Source of the DNA: Octopus bimaculoides
Taxonomy: Eukaryota
Assembly (NCBI RefSeq): GCF_001194135.2
Contig: NC_068983.1
Location: forward strand, 28,544,729 to 28,608,728
Direction of reading: 5' to 3'
Length of the DNA: 64,000 bases
Of the stretch, positions 24,541 to 38,770 are shown one piece after another. The notes under the pieces were generated by a model that was given only the letters and a program-made list of their open reading frames with translations, was not told the origin of the DNA and searched no databases. A program made the translations under genes and the position numbers. How positions within the stretch are numbered: the first letter of the stretch is position 1; each line of letters starts with the position of its first letter.

Positions 24541-25352
24541 TAAGCAAACAGTTGATATTAGTGAGGAGGAATTAATTGTTCCACCAACATGTTTGAGCAT
24601 AAAAGTTGTGTATGATAAGGCTAATGACATGCATTATGGCTCTACAGCAATAAGAAATTGGTTGAAATTACAAGGTTCCAGTGAAGATGATGAACAACAT
24701 AAAATATGTCTAATATGTGCAAGAATAAAATTGGAGCTGCCTCATACAGTGCACTGATGGCCTAAAGAAACTAACACAGATATTTGTACATATGGGTAAT
24801 GCTTATGACAAGAATTTAGGCGCCTTAATATTGTTATATGCATCCTCTGGGTAACCAAACGTAATAAGATTTAGAAATAAAGTAACAGAAACAAGCAAGT
24901 ATTTTGAAGTGTGTTTCACAAACATAGTTCCAGAAACATTAACATGTAACGATGCTTGTAAATTTTATGATAATAAATTTATATTCATGGCTAAGTTAGA
25001 CCAAACAAAATAACCCCATATTTTTTATAATCAAATAGAATTGCTTGAAGATCGGTCACAGGAGTTAAAATACATTTAAAAGAAATTTCACTAAGTAAAT
25101 GTTCTGTTAATGCTTTTTTAAAACTATATACTCTTGAGGTATCAGACATTTTCTTATTCTCACTTATGTAGATTAAATAAACAACAAAAATATTAATAGT
25201 GAAAAAAATACTGAATCAACTCTGCAGATTTTGAATGACATCTCAGACAAAGATTATGATTTGACAACTGATACAAGCACAAACATTGAGAATGATATAA
25301 GACAGAATTCTCAAATAACAAAATGAATTAAGCCATTTTTGTTTCTGAGAGA

Positions 25353-25526
25353 TGTAATATCATTTGTTATGTTAACGTTGTTGCTGTGTTGCAGGTGTTT
25401 TAAATGCTTAAACATGACCAAGACTGTTTAAGATGGCTACCAGTTCAGTGTTAGTGAGCTTGATATTCAGTTAAATAAAGTTTTTGGTTGTAAAGAATCA
25501 TGTGTGGTTATGGCTTTGAAACAACA
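25353..25526 (+). repeat. Putative 3' LTR of the Gypsy element
   Basis: Begins TGTAAT directly after the integrase C-terminus and a short purine run, contains AATAAA, ends ..gaaacaaCA. No matching 5' LTR was found. Confidence 0.4.
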
Positions 25527-25957
25527 TTATTTAATTTATGAGAAAAATTATAATCAAACTCATCTGTTGTATGATGGATTTAATGCATTGAAATAGAGAA
25601 ATAGAATAGTAAATCGTTTATTTAGCATCTCACAAATATGACTATCATTTACTGTTACCATTCAATTTGTTTTAATTTGTTAAAAATGTATTGATCAACC
25701 TTAAACATCAAGTCATTCATAAAAGTTGAAGGCAATATAGTACTATATAGTAATAGAGCGAGTACAGAATCAATGATTCAGAATTGATAACTTAGAAGTG
25801 TTTAATTTAAAATGTATCAGATCTTGGAAGTATTCTGAGTATTGATTAACCTTACCCAATCATTCATAAAAGTTAAAGATAGCATAGTACAGCAGTAATA
25901 AAGCATTTAATGTGGAACTCCTGAAAATGTAGGGCATGTAGCATATACCACTCTTAC

Positions 25958-26009
25958 TACTAAGTCGATCCAGCACCAAGAGAGGTTTTACTTCTGGGCT
26001 AACCTGGGC
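25958..26009 (-). CDS. Candidate 52-nt exon (phase 0-1: AQVSPEVKPLLVLDRLS)
   Basis: tacagttgtactttag|GCCCAG...CTTAGTA|gtaaga; open frame, no homolog recognised. Confidence 0.3.
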
Positions 26010-26479
26010 CTAAAGTACAACTGTAATAATAAGTATTCACTGACTGTTTATACGTTTTTACCAGTGAGCCATTTTGAAAGTTTTTTTTATCCAATCAAAA
26101 AAAAACAAAAAAAAACAGTGAAAATAAATACTTTAATATTTTATTTTAGTGCTGTTTTTTTTTTTTTTTTTCTTTCATAAGTATCAAAGTGAGAATGAAA
26201 TTGAAATATTTCTCAAAGGAAGTTGATAACATCTATATCAAATGATATATAAAAACATTAAAATATATTGATCAAAATCTAAATTTTCCAGTCGCAAAAA
26301 AAAAAAATTACAATTCATTTTGTGATACTGATACGAAATATTCTGTCAAATAAGAAGTAAAAAATGTATTAAAGATATTGTATGAAACTTATTAGGACAT
26401 TGCAAAAGAGCATAATTATTACGTATGTGAAAACTGTATAAAAATCAACTTTTTTTTTATTCCTTCAATAACCATAACA

Positions 26480-27025
26480 ACAAAAACAATAATGATAATT
26501 TTTTCAAATTTAAGTAGAAGACCAACAGTTCTGATTGGAGATGGCTCATTGATACTAATGACCCTAATACTTGACTGGTACTTTAGTTTATCAATCCCAA
26601 AAGATGAAAGGCAAACTTGACCTAGGTGAAATTTGAACTCAAAATGTAAAGAGAAAGAACAAATTTCATAATGCGCAAATGATACTGTCTGTCCTATTGA
26701 CCTAATAACTGTTTCTTACAAATAATTGTTTCTGAAATTTTACGATAATAGGTTTGTTGATTAAACTGACTCCAGTACTTGACAGGTAGTTTATTTCATC
26801 AAGCCCGACCTCAGTGAAATTTGAACTTGGTATGTAAAGTGCTGGGACAAATACTGCAAAGTATTTTGTTCAATGCCCTAACAATTTTGCCAGTTCATCA
26901 ATGAATGATGATGATAATTGTTCATAATATAGACACAAAACCAGAAATTTGAGGTTGAGATTAGTCAATTTGTTGATTCCAGTACTTGACTGGTACTTTA
27001 TTTTTATCAATTCTGAAAATATGAA
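26480..27025 (-). mobile_element. Array of about three degenerate SINE D copies
   Basis: Repeated cagtacttgactggtact / gtgaaatttgaact units with AAT/GAT spacers. Confidence 0.7.
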
Positions 27026-30000
27026 ATCCTAATTAAAATGGTATGGCATGAAGTATAGCATTTTAAACTAGTTTATTTAGCAAAAGGAAAGAGGAAATAC
27101 CTTTGAAATTGCTATCAATTACGGTAAGAATAACTTTATTTTATTTATTATTTCATTTTATTTTGACTTATTGACCAAAAAGGAATTGTAGAATCTGTAA
27201 TTCTATCATTTATTTTTAAATTGATGATGGAGCGGGTGATGAAGTAAAAAAAATATCGAAAGTATAAAGAAATGATAAGCAATAGTTTTGACTTTTTTTA
27301 TCCCAGAAGTATTTCAAGATACCAGAAGGAAAGAACAATTTTGGAATATAGAATATAGAAATATTGGAAATATAAAATACAGAGATATTGGGAATAGCCC
27401 CAGGTGCAGAAAAAATCCAAAATTACCAGTTATGGATAAATGGAATTAAATTTAAGATTTTACATAGATTTTTCATTTTTGTTGCAAAGTTCTAGTTTTG
27501 CAATGCAATATTTAGCCTCTCTCAGCATGCCACTTGTTACATCTTGATAAAAATCCTGAACAAAATAACAAAATGCTTCATAGTAACTAGCATACTGTCA
27601 CATGATTCAGAATCAGAATTCTTTTAGAGTCAGTAAAATATCCATTAATAATATACTTGAATTAAGCTGAACAGATATAATCTTATTGCTTTTAAAAAAA
27701 TTTTTTTTACAAAATGATATTACAATATTAGATCACAAGCTGACATACAATTGGACCAGATGTTACAGAATTTAGTGCCTTACTTTGGTAGATATAACAC
27801 TTTCAGTGATCAAATAGAACTTATTTTCTGACTGGGATCAACATAATATGTATTATAAAATGTGGATCCTTTCTGTTCAGCACCACTTTTCAATTTCTTC
27901 AATTTTTCTTCCAACTGATTACATATTTTGTATATTAATGTGGTTTTGTAAAGCAAGCATTTACATGAAATTCATTTTCATCATATCATATATCAATAAA
28001 TAAAGAGCTTTTACAGTTTGCATATTCTGAGTAATTCTAGCCAATTGAAAGTCACAGACAAATAAGTGCTTGTTTCCACAGTAACAAGCCAAACTGTTAC
28101 CAAGCTGCTTATCACATTTTTTTTTGTCGCTTATCAAATGCTTAAAACACATACAGTATGACATGTGTTAAAAATAACACTAAATGGGGCTGTGTGTAGA
28201 ATACAAATTTGCAAACATTTTCTGAAAATAGAGGGATAAGAGCAAGAGGGTGACATAGGAGAGAGTAATGGAAGAGAAGCAGTAATAGGCAGTGACATGC
28301 TGGTTGTTGGCATCTAAATAGAATATAAAAGTAGCATGAGTTAAATGGTGGGGGAAGAGAGAAAGATAGGAAAGAGATAGCATGATGGAAGGGAGATTAA
28401 CAGAAATGAGAAAGAGTGATGTATGCTAACAATGAGTGACAGATGAGGCAGTAATGTGATTAAAGAGAGTAAAGACTTGCAATAAAGATGGGTAAGGATA
28501 AAGGAGAGAGCAATGGATGTTGATAATGAGTGAAAAGGAAGGGGCAATAAGAAAAAGAGAGAATGACAGTTAGAAATAAAGAAAGGTTATGAGAGGGAGG
28601 ATGGCATACTGATTTGATGCCATTTCTCCTCATACAGGCAGCAGGATGAGAGGAGGTAGTGATAAATGTTGTTGGTAGGGGTAGCTAAATAGTTTACACC
28701 AATTTGTCCCATGTTTTCCTAGGTCTTTCTGTCCTTTGGGTTCTGTCTACTTCAAGCAAATGACAATTCTTTATACAACTGACAGGTTCTATAAATATTC
28801 TATGCTTGTACTAGCACTATCTGTCTTACACACTACATCCAATTCCATTTACATCCAAATCTTTTTCTCAGTTCATTTGTGCTGACAGTAAGTGTGCCTC
28901 TCTGTGTCCATCCAGCCTACAAGAAATACAAGTCCAAACTAGCTCGAATAAAATTGCAGTGTCCTACATGCACCTAAAATTACAAACTAACCACAAATAG
29001 CATGCTTTTAATCATAAATCTAATTTATCAAGGTTGACTCAAGATTAAACAACAATAACAACTACTATTCTGCTGCTGCCCCTAATCCTTCTCCTCCTCC
29101 TCACCATCATCATCCTTATCATCAGCATCATCATCATCATCATCATCATCATCCTTCTATTACTACTGCTGTAAGCCACAAAGACTTATATTTATAAGCC
29201 ACATAATTTGCTTATTCCTTTAGAACGAAACAAACAGTTGTCAAAAGTTATTTTGGTTGTTTATGGGCCGAAGAATTGCAAAGTTAGTATTATTGAGAAT
29301 GAGAGAAAAAAATATATAATTGTAATAACTCATTTCATATCAAAGAGCAGTAACTGATTGATTCGATTGATTCGACTGATTCTTGAAGCTATTGAAGAAA
29401 GAAATCATTGAATAACAAATAGCCCATGTAGTGTTTGAACAAATCACTTTAACCAGACAAATGGAAATCAAGTGGAAGATCATTCCAGCACTTTTATGTA
29501 TAATGAGAGACAATCTAATAGGAAACTAATGTTCGGTGAAGAATTAGTTAGGTAAGATATTAATATGAAGAAACAATATCATTAGTAGAGACTTAAATAT
29601 TAAACTTGTGAGATTTCATTTCGGTTATCTTAGAGATATTCTATTCTGATATCTATGTTCAAATTGCAGCATTCAGTAAACAGAATTTATAGATATCTGA
29701 CCAAGTAATTAAATAACCAATCATAACAAGGCTAGAGCTAATCAAAACAATGACCAGGCAGAATCCAATATAAAGATTAAGACATGAATCTACAAATACT
29801 GCTTCAGAATTGTTGTTGATTAAACTTAGATCAGCTTTGAAGACTAGCATATTGTGTGGCACAGAATTATGCTAGCATGTTATTTTGCTGTTGTTTTTGT
29901 TGTTGTTGGTGTTGTTGTTGGGTCCATGGTCAGTCCTAATCAATCACACCTATGTCCAAAGATGTTCTAGATATGACCAAATTGCCTTTTATTTAGACAG

Positions 30001-31259
30001 TTTGCCTTAGTATATCTTTCCTTTCTTAAAACAGTAGAACATAATTTAAATAGTAGTCAAATTTCCTTTTTAAGCAGATTTAGTTGCTATTTCTAGCAGA
30101 TTGAATAACTATATTCAAGATCTTTGGCTGACTTGTCTGTTTCTGAGCTTTGTGAATTGGCAACAACAAATACTATAAATCATACTGACATTTTCATTAG
30201 CTTTGTAGAAGTTAACTAGAGAAAACCATTCGTTATTTATAATTTTTCTTAAAAAATCTGTTTTTAATTACCAACTTTTTCATGAACTGGAAAGCTTTTC
30301 AAAGCGTTAGATCAGTTCAGTCACCATGAGAAGTGAAAAATCAAATATTCTGCCTAGTCAGTATTTCTTAACCATTTTTATGTTTTTGTTATTTTTTATT
30401 CCTTTACCAATTCCTAATCTTGATTTCCCACTACTTAATTAAACAACAATAGTTTTGTGAGCAGCATACTTTATTACATATCATTAACAGCTTTATAGTA
30501 TTTGAACATTAGCAGCCTAAAAAAAATCAACATTAAGGAATATAAATCTATCGAAATAAAATAAAAACAGTTTGAATAATGATAAAGAATTGTACAACTT
30601 CTATAATCCTGAAATTTATCAAATCCTGGATTATGAGAGCAATTTCCTCAACTTAAGAAATGTGGATCTAAGTTAATCTGTTTCTATTGTTTCTCCAAGC
30701 TCTTCAAGTCACCAAAAATTGTTCATCCATCTTATGTCTCGTATTAAAGATATCTATCATAATTTTAATGTCTGGTATTGTTGCAGTTGTTTAGCATCAA
30801 AACAGCCCTGATCCAGCAGATCCTATAAGTAAAAGCATTCCAACCATTACCAAAATGGTCTTTTATATACATCTAGGACTACATTATCAAATGAGTCGTC
30901 TCCTTATTCCAGACAACAGTAGGTGAGTTTAAATGAGATTTGGTTGCTTTTTCTAGCCAATTGAGCAACCATGTAGATATTCCCTCATTGATTCAATGAG
31001 CTGACATTATGATCCTTAGTGACTTTAGCCAATGTGACACCAACTCGCCTAAGATCACCTCTGATCCTATGATACAAACCTCCCACTTAATGTAATCTAA
31101 AGTAAAACCGCTCTTCAAAGTTTCATGTTAATTTAAGTCCCAAAATTCAGTTAACGACCAAGATATATTAATAAATTCTTCAGTAATTTAAAAAATTGAA
31201 ACAAAGATAGAGCATTTCAACAGAAATATGGTCACAAAAGGATTAACATACAGAACTTC

Positions 31260-31760
31260 TCTTGGGTCTTGAACTTGCAGTTCCCCCATATTAGCACAGA
31301 CACCAGATTGCTTGCTTACACCAGTTACTTCCCTCAGATATCTCTGAAAAACACACAAGTCCTCCAACCACTCTTAAACTATTGTTCCCCATCCAAACAC
31401 AACTTTAACAGTCTTTTCTGTCTATTCTTCCATCAGATCATCTGTTCACTGCCAAATCTGAGCAACTAATTCGACATGCTTTGGTGAAAATGTATCTCTC
31501 CTTCAACACACTCAAACCAGTAAAGTGCAGGAGCAATACAATCCTCTGAGTTATTTCCCCTTGAAACATTCATGCAACCATAACACATAGAACCCCAAGC
31601 CTCATCTGATTCACTCACAGCTGCACAGAAAGGCAATGCTTATTACCCTCTTGAAATAATCCACATCATCAACTGCTGGTTAGTTACTCATTACTGCAAC
31701 ACTTGCAAGGGTGTCATGAAGAAATCAGCAAATGCAAAATGGTGTAAGAATCATCTGCCT
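31260..31760 (-). mobile_element. Possible very old LINE (AP-endonuclease region) remnant
   Basis: The minus strand gives weak YG..N..G / YIFTK / IDRKD-like patches; heavily disrupted. Confidence 0.25.
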
Positions 31761-32151
31761 ATAGTCAGAGACAGCAATTTAGCTTGCACTGGGCCTCATT
31801 TCAGGTATGTGGTATTGACAAGTCACAAAAATGACGAAACATCGATGTCTATTGCTCCTGAATGGGACTGCAAGCAAGTTATCTCACTTGTAAATGACTT
31901 CCAGGTGTTTTAACACCAGGTGCATTGATAAAAATATATTTTCTTATGCCCATAAGCACAGCCTACCCACAAACTAGCAAAACACATACCTAGTATATGT
32001 GTGTTCGATATTGTTTATATCCCTTAAGTAGCTTTTAATCAATATTTGAATATGTGTGTGCGTGTGTATCTCTGTGTGTATGCATGTATGTATGTATGTG
32101 CATATATATATATGGGTGTGTGTGTGTGTATGTGTGTGTATGTATATATAG

Positions 32152-32335
32152 ATCGCTAGCCACTATACCTTTTTCTATTTTCTCCCCCTGTTTATTTCTG
32201 TGTTCCTTTCTGTCAAAGAGAGTAGGCTCGAAATGTAAAAGACTCTCACTTCCCGAGCGCTAAACTAATACATCTGTTTGTTGTTTACACACCTGTCTTC
32301 GTCTTTGTTTTTTGTTTTTTTTGAAAATTCTCACT
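32152..32335 (+). mobile_element. Short Penelope-like (pLTR-type) element with a degenerate hammerhead-like motif, within (TA)n
   Basis: ctttctgtcaaagagagtaggctcgaaatgtaaaag at 32206-32241; a homologous copy lies at 41530-41707 on the minus strand. Confidence 0.6.
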
Positions 32336-32369
32336 ACATATATATATATGTGTGTGTATGTATATGTGT

Positions 32370-32590
32370 ATATATAGGCAGGTATGGTGCCACATAAAAA
32401 GCATCCAGTACACCCTGTAAAGTGAAAGGTGTTAGGAAGGACATCCTGTCATAGAAACCATGCCAAAACAGAGAGTCGGAGACTGGTGCAGCTCTCCAGC
32501 TTGCTAGCTCCTGTCCAACCATCCAATCCATGCCAGTATGCAAAACTGATCATTAAATGATGAGGATGAAGAAGATGATGATGATGCATG
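32370..32590 (+). mobile_element. SINE family E
   Basis: gttaggaaggacatcc..ccaatccatgccagtatg..(GAT)n tail. Confidence 0.75.
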
Positions 32591-35197
32591 AGGATGTATA
32601 TACTTACAGACACATGCCACACATTCACACATTTTCCCATATCCCTTCACACAGTAACATAACACCACTAATATACACCTGTGTACATGACTATGCACAC
32701 ACATGTACATATACACACAAGCATGCACACACATGTAGATACATACACACACATGCATGCACACACACACACACACACACACCTCTGCCTTGCATTTGCT
32801 CTTCCATTTTAAAAGCCCCCGTTTGGCTCACCATCCAAATTCCAGTCAGTCAATGGTTGGTATGTAGAACAGCTCCATGAAGCTTTCTTGGCAGAACTGC
32901 ACGTTTTAATTTGATTTTTTTCCTTCTTTCTTTTTTCAGTTCCATCTCGTTTTATTCTTCCTCTTTTCCTATGAGCTAAAGAAGGATAATGTCCAAAACA
33001 TTTTAACATTTACCTGGAAAGAGTTCATTTATTGTGAACTTTGAATTTTCCTTTTTTGTTGTCCTTTGTGTTTTACTGTTGTTACTTGCCACACACTCAC
33101 CCGAATACAAGTGCACACACACGCACACACACACATATACATGCATGAATGAACATACATACAAACTTGCCAACCCGTGTCTCAAAAGTTAACAGCCATT
33201 TCAGAATTTCAGACCTGGTTCCACATGCACACAAGCATCCTTGATTGATTCTAAAAGAAAACCATGAAACTAATAGACAAACTTATATTCAAATTCAGCC
33301 AATCAATTGTTTGTTCATTCTACCTCTGCCAGTATACTTCAAAGACTTCTGCTAGTAAGCAACATATCGTCTCTGTTTATTCTTACCTGATATCTCTGCT
33401 AATCCTTCTCCTGTGATCTTTACTTTCTACTTCTAAACCCCATACAGAATCATCATCATCATCATGGTTTAACGTCTGTTTTCTATGCTGGCATGGGTTA
33501 GACACTTTTACAAGACTGCCAAACTCTATCTTCTATCTGCTTTGGCATGGTTTGTATAGCTGGATGCCCTTCCTAACACAAAAGCTATAATAAAACAACA
33601 AGGATGAAGGAGCTGTTACAATAAATTCTACAAGTCAATGAACTATAGAAGCCAGAACATGGTCATATATGCTAAATAATTCTCCCCAGAACTACACTCT
33701 TCTTGAATACCGATGCTGCAAACGTTCTTCCTGCATCAACACCGCAATATCAACTTACAGAAGTTTGAGTTGAAAACCTTAACTTAAATTTTGAGTTTGA
33801 AGCTGAATGCAGTCTTAATCAACCAATAATTTTAACACCAGAACTTAATCCTTGAACTACACAGAGATGTTAAACATGGTGATGTGCTGAGACTGCCACC
33901 CAAACACAGGATCATGCTTTCAGACAGGTTTCCATTCAGTTTCCAGAATGTGAAATTTGACTAAAACCAAAACATCATGGCTACTGCCCTTCCATCAACT
34001 AAATTTTTATAGAAACACATCAGTTCTTTCAAAAGTTTTCAAGTTTTTTGTTTCCAACATAGACATCATGACAGTTTTATTTTCTTATTTTTTATTTATT
34101 TATTTATTTATTTTTTTCAGAAAGCTGGAGCGGTGACAAAAATAAGCAAAGAATCAGACTGTTTGATACCTCAGAACATACTACTTTACTTTATTTCATT
34201 CCAACTTCTCACCACATGCCATTAGCACCTAAAATCCTAAATAAACAGACAGTTCAGAATGTAACAGAAATTGTCTTGAAATATGGTTTTCCTTAATTGA
34301 TTTTCAGAAATTGAGCCAAACATTTTGCCTCAAGTTCTAATGGCTTATAATGAAGTGCAAGATTGTGAAAAAGAATTACATTATCACCAAGCTGTCAGAC
34401 ACCTGTATTTTTGGCTTTAGTTAAAAGCTAGATTCTCTTGTTACCAAAATATATGTAATAATTTAAGGGAAAAAAAAAAACTCAAACATTGTCAAGAATA
34501 ACAAGGTCAGAATTCTAACCTTGATGATAATGGATGCTGATGATAACAATAATGATGGTGATGGTGGTAGTGGTGGTGGTAGCTGCAGTGATATTGGTGA
34601 TAATGATGAAGGTTAATCACTGTGGCTGTAGCCATAGAATTAAGACGCAATGAAAATGTCAATATGTCTAGAGAAATACAATGGAAAGATAAACATTGCA
34701 GAATTCCAAGACAATATTTCGCTGAATGGGATATCTTTCTAAAGGAGAAAAAGGAAGTGGAACATATACTGTGAAAAAAAATGAAAAAAAAAAAAAGAAT
34801 CGTTATCTGTTTGAGAGGATAGAGAGAGAAGCAGACAGATAAGTGGAAACAGATAAGCTAGAATTTTGATGAATGCATGCACATGATGAAAAGCAAGGAC
34901 ATAAAAAAAAATTAGGTAAATAAGAATAGCTGTAAGCAAACTAACACAGATTTTGTGTAGCATGAAATAATGACATCTAAAGCAGTATAACAATTTGGGG
35001 TAAATGAAGAAAGATTTATGTAGAATTGGTTTATTAGATATGTTCAAGTAAGGTTAAATTTAAGTGATATTCAACATAATAAGCACCAACAAGTTGGAGT
35101 TTCTTCGTTTTGACGGGGATTTTTCAGATTTTTTTTTTTTTCATAGCAGAGAGAATCTGGAGTATCTTTTTGGCAAAAACCAATTTTTTTTTGCAAT

Positions 35198-35388
35198 AGG
35201 CATAGGAGTGGCTGTGTGGTAAGTAGCTTGCTTACCAACCACATGGTTCCGGGTTCAGTCCCACTGTGTGGCAGCTTGGGCAAGTGTCTTCTACTATAGC
35301 CTCGGGCCGACCAAAGCCATGTGAGTGGATTTGGTAGACGGAAACTGAAAGAAGCCCTTCGTATATATATATATATATATATATATAT
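35198..35388 (+). mobile_element. SINE family B, 5' half (rest in the gap)
   Basis: ggagtggctgtgtggtaagtagcttgcttacc..gggttcagtcccactg..gaagcccttcg(TA)n. Confidence 0.9.
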
Positions 35389-35825
35389 NNNNNNNNNNNN
35401 NNNNNNNNNNNNNNNNNNNNNNNNNNNNNNNNNNNNNNNNNNNNNNNNNNNNNNNNNNNNNNNNNNNNNNNNNNNNNNNNNNNNNNNNNNNNNNNNNNNN
35501 NNNNNNNNNNNNNNNNNNNNNNNNNNNNNNNNNNNNNNNNNNNNNNNNNNNNNNNNNNNNNNNNNNNNNNNNNNNNNNNNNNNNNNNNNNNNNNNNNNNN
35601 NNNNNNNNNNNNNNNNNNNNNNNNNNNNNNNNNNNNNNNNNNNNNNNNNNNNNNNNNNNNNNNNNNNNNNNNNNNNNNNNNNNNNNNNNNNNNNNNNNNN
35701 NNNNNNNNNNNNNNNNNNNNNNNNNNNNNNNNNNNNNNNNNNNNNNNNNTTGTACACTTGGAAACAGTGGAAGGCTTTCTGGAAGAAAAAAAACAAAAAA
35801 CAAAAAAAAACATCTAGAGACTCAC

Positions 35826-35866
35826 TGATAGAACTTGGAATATATCCATTATACATCTTTGAATAT
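35826..35866 (-). CDS. Candidate 41-nt exon (phase 2-1 YSKMYNGYIPSSI; alternative frame IQRCIMDIFQVLS)
   Basis: ttcttctgtaactgatag|ATATTC...TCTATCA|gtgagt; strong donor, phase-compatible with 44167-44204 and 8721-8753. Confidence 0.35.
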
Positions 35867-36909
35867 CTATCAGTTACAGAAGAACAGTTTTACCAGATTA
35901 CAGTTAAGGGTACCTGATATTATTTCTTATCAAATATAAAAATCACAGGCATGGCTGAGTGGTTAAGAAGTTTGTTTTTCATCCATGTGGTTTTGTGTTC
36001 AACCCCACTGAATAGCACCTTGGGTGAGTGTCTTCTACTATAGTTGACCAAAGTCTTGTGAGTGGATGTGGTAGAGAGAAACTGAAGTCATCATATATGT
36101 TATATATGTGCATATATATTTGTATGAGTTCATATTTCCCTTCATCTTCACATGGTTTTGTTGGTTGTGAGCAATGATGGTGTCACTGACTTGAAGTCTA
36201 CCACAAAAGCACATCTGGGCTCCTCAGCATGTATTAAGATGGTGTACAACCTGTGTAAACAAAAAGCTCATTCAAATGCTATCATTTGTTTTACATTCTC
36301 TATGTAAGCATATAAGATCTATTTGCTTGATAGACTGGAAGATTATTATCTTGCTCAGAAACAGGTGGTGGGGTTGGAGTCAGAAAAGGAATCTACTGGT
36401 AAAAAACTGCTCGAAAATTTGCTTGCCTCAAAAATTCTAGCATGGAAAAGTAGATGATAAAATGACGATGATGATGATAATGATGATGATGATCATCATC
36501 ATAATCATGATGATGAAAGGCAACAAATTGGCAGAGTTTTCAAAGTATTCCCAAGAATGCTTTTCAGTTTTTGTTCTGATGTTGTGAGCCATGAGTTCAA
36601 ATCCCAGTCTGGTCAATCTTATCTTTCTTTATTCAAAGGTCAATGAAAAAAGTACCAAATCAGGGAGATGGATTGGTGGAACAATAAGAAAATTGAGCAA
36701 GATATCTTATGGTAAGTGTTCCAGCCATTTGCATTTTGACTGCAATACCAGGGTTGAATCAACCCTAAAGTGATCGCCTTTCCCTTAGGCAACACTAACA
36801 ACATGGTGAGAAGAGATTGCAGATATGAGCAACTGCCAGTTTTCTACAATGAAAATTTTGCCCTGACTGAAAGAGGTTCCAGAATTGATGCCATCAATTT
36901 GTTGATGGT

Positions 36910-37280
36910 TTGTTGTTGGCACTCTGTGCTTACGACGTTGAGGGTTCCAGTTGATCCAATCAACGGAACAGCCTGCTCGTGAAATTAACGTGCAAGTGGC
37001 TGAGCACTCCACAGATACGTGTACCCTTAACGTAATTCTCGGGGATATTCAGCATGACACAGTGTGACAAGGCTGACCCTTTGAATTACAGGCACAACAG
37101 AAACAGGAAGTAAGAGTGTGGTGAAAGAGTACAGCAGGGTTCGCCACCATCCCCTGCCGAAGCCTCGTGGAGCTTTAAGTGTTTTCAGTCAATAAACACT
37201 CACAACGCCCGGTCTGGGAATCGAAACTGCGATCCTATGACCGCGAGTCCGCTGCCCTAACCACTGGGCCATTGCACCTC
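36910..37280 (-). mobile_element. SINE family A with 11-bp TSD
   Basis: TSD TTGTTGATGGT at 36899-36909 and 37281-37291. Confidence 0.9.
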
Positions 37281-38770
37281 TTGTTGATGGTATATTAATT
37301 ATATCATTGACATCATCATCATCATGAGCAGCGTTTTAATGTCTGCTTTTCTATGCTTGCATCAAGTGTTGTCATTAGTTTCATTAATAACTTTAAGGCC
37401 ATGTTAGATTGAATGTCAACACCTATTAGATCATTAGACATCACAATCATTACCCAAAGCTGTTGTTGTTTAACCTCAGGTATGAGGAAGAAGAATAGTA
37501 TAACTTCTAAATTTAAAATTATTTCCCTTTTTCTTTGAGAGTTGCTAATACTTGCCACTAGGTTTCTGCTTTGCTTTTGTAACTCCAACATCCAGCAAAA
37601 TTTTAATTAAGAAATTTTTGCAAATAGCATTCAGTACAGCAGCTTTTAACTTATTCAAATTCATGGTATTAGCTTCTTTCAGTTATTTTCTGTAGTTCAT
37701 TTTATTTTCTTGAAGACTCAGAAAGTTATAATATTGGGAGTAATAGAAGTGATTGCAGAATTATTACTCACTATAGAGGCAGTGTAGAGCCAAAAAGCTG
37801 TTTGGAAGTTATTGATTAATGCAAATAAATATAATGCACAATGCCAAGAATCATAGTCTTTCAATTATTCTCCTATTGGTTTCACTCATTAGGCAATGGC
37901 CATTCTGGGGCATCATCAGGACTGGTGTCAAAGTATGTATCACCCTAGACTTCTACTACAATTAACACCCACTTCCCTCAATTATGACTGATTGTAGAAC
38001 GCAGCTAAGAGAACATCTTCTACATACATTTGTATCAATAGTTTAGCTGGTAATGATTCAGTTTATGACTACTGCCAAAATATTGTTTAAACAAATACAA
38101 TAATTCTTCATTCTTCATTGACAGATGTGGATACTTAGTTTAAGGTTTATATATTTGCAACCATTTTTAATTTGGTCTAGTACCTTCAGATTTGGCACTG
38201 TAGATGAATATTTTGCTTGCCTAATGCATGACACCAGCCTAGTAGTCCACCTTCTACCTCAATTACATCAACCTCAAACATTTATTTTATTGAACGTGGA
38301 AGGATGAAAGATAAATTGGGTCTGGTTATGATTGAAACACAGAATGTAAAAGGACGTAATTAAATGAAGAATTTTGTCCTATTCTCTAACAATTCTGCCA
38401 TCAACACAACACATACAAGAAGATTGTTTCCATTATTTGTGCTTAGATCTCTTAGTTTGGTTCTAGAGTGAATCACATTTGCTGCCGAAATAATCAATAT
38501 GAAATCAATAGAGTTCAATCAGTTAGCTGAGCTGACGTTGAATGATCAAGCAATGTGTGTGTGTGTATGTGTGTGTGTGTGTGTGATGGACAATATGAAC
38601 ATGCAAGAATGACAGACTTCGCTTTGCATTAAGAACTTTACTTTGCAACAAGGTGGTTCCAGGTTCAATCCCACTGCATGTATTTCTACCATAGCCTTGT
38701 GTTTAATATACTTTGTGATTGAAATTCAGTAGAGGAAAACTGCACAGAAGGCAATTGTATATTTATTTCT

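Larger units (their letters stand above)
20900..25526 (+). mobile_element. Decayed Ty3/Gypsy LTR retrotransposon (gag, RT, RNase H, integrase, putative 3' LTR), interrupted by three SINE B copies
   Basis: gag-like ESFQSYSQRLHE*GC (~20985); RT YFA*FDLIGSYHQI (~23345), MFQGVIQ, TYGDAICIG (degenerate YxDD, ~23510), FLGFVNLYRRY (23761); RNase H LTT..NEKSISGSLS (~23955); integrase ELIVP..DMHYG..CLIC (24569-24720), VHMGNAY..LILL.ASSG*P, VPETL..ND..KF. Many stops and frameshifts. Confidence 0.85.

Noticed and set aside
28190-28680. Long purine-rich strand-asymmetric tract
   Set aside because: Appears to be a decayed (GA)n-type low-complexity region without a mirror repeat or coding signal.
37322-37591. 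89-aa minus-strand ORF
   Set aside because: Acceptor would be GAG, there is no donor, the end runs into a SINE E remnant, and no recognisable motif is present.
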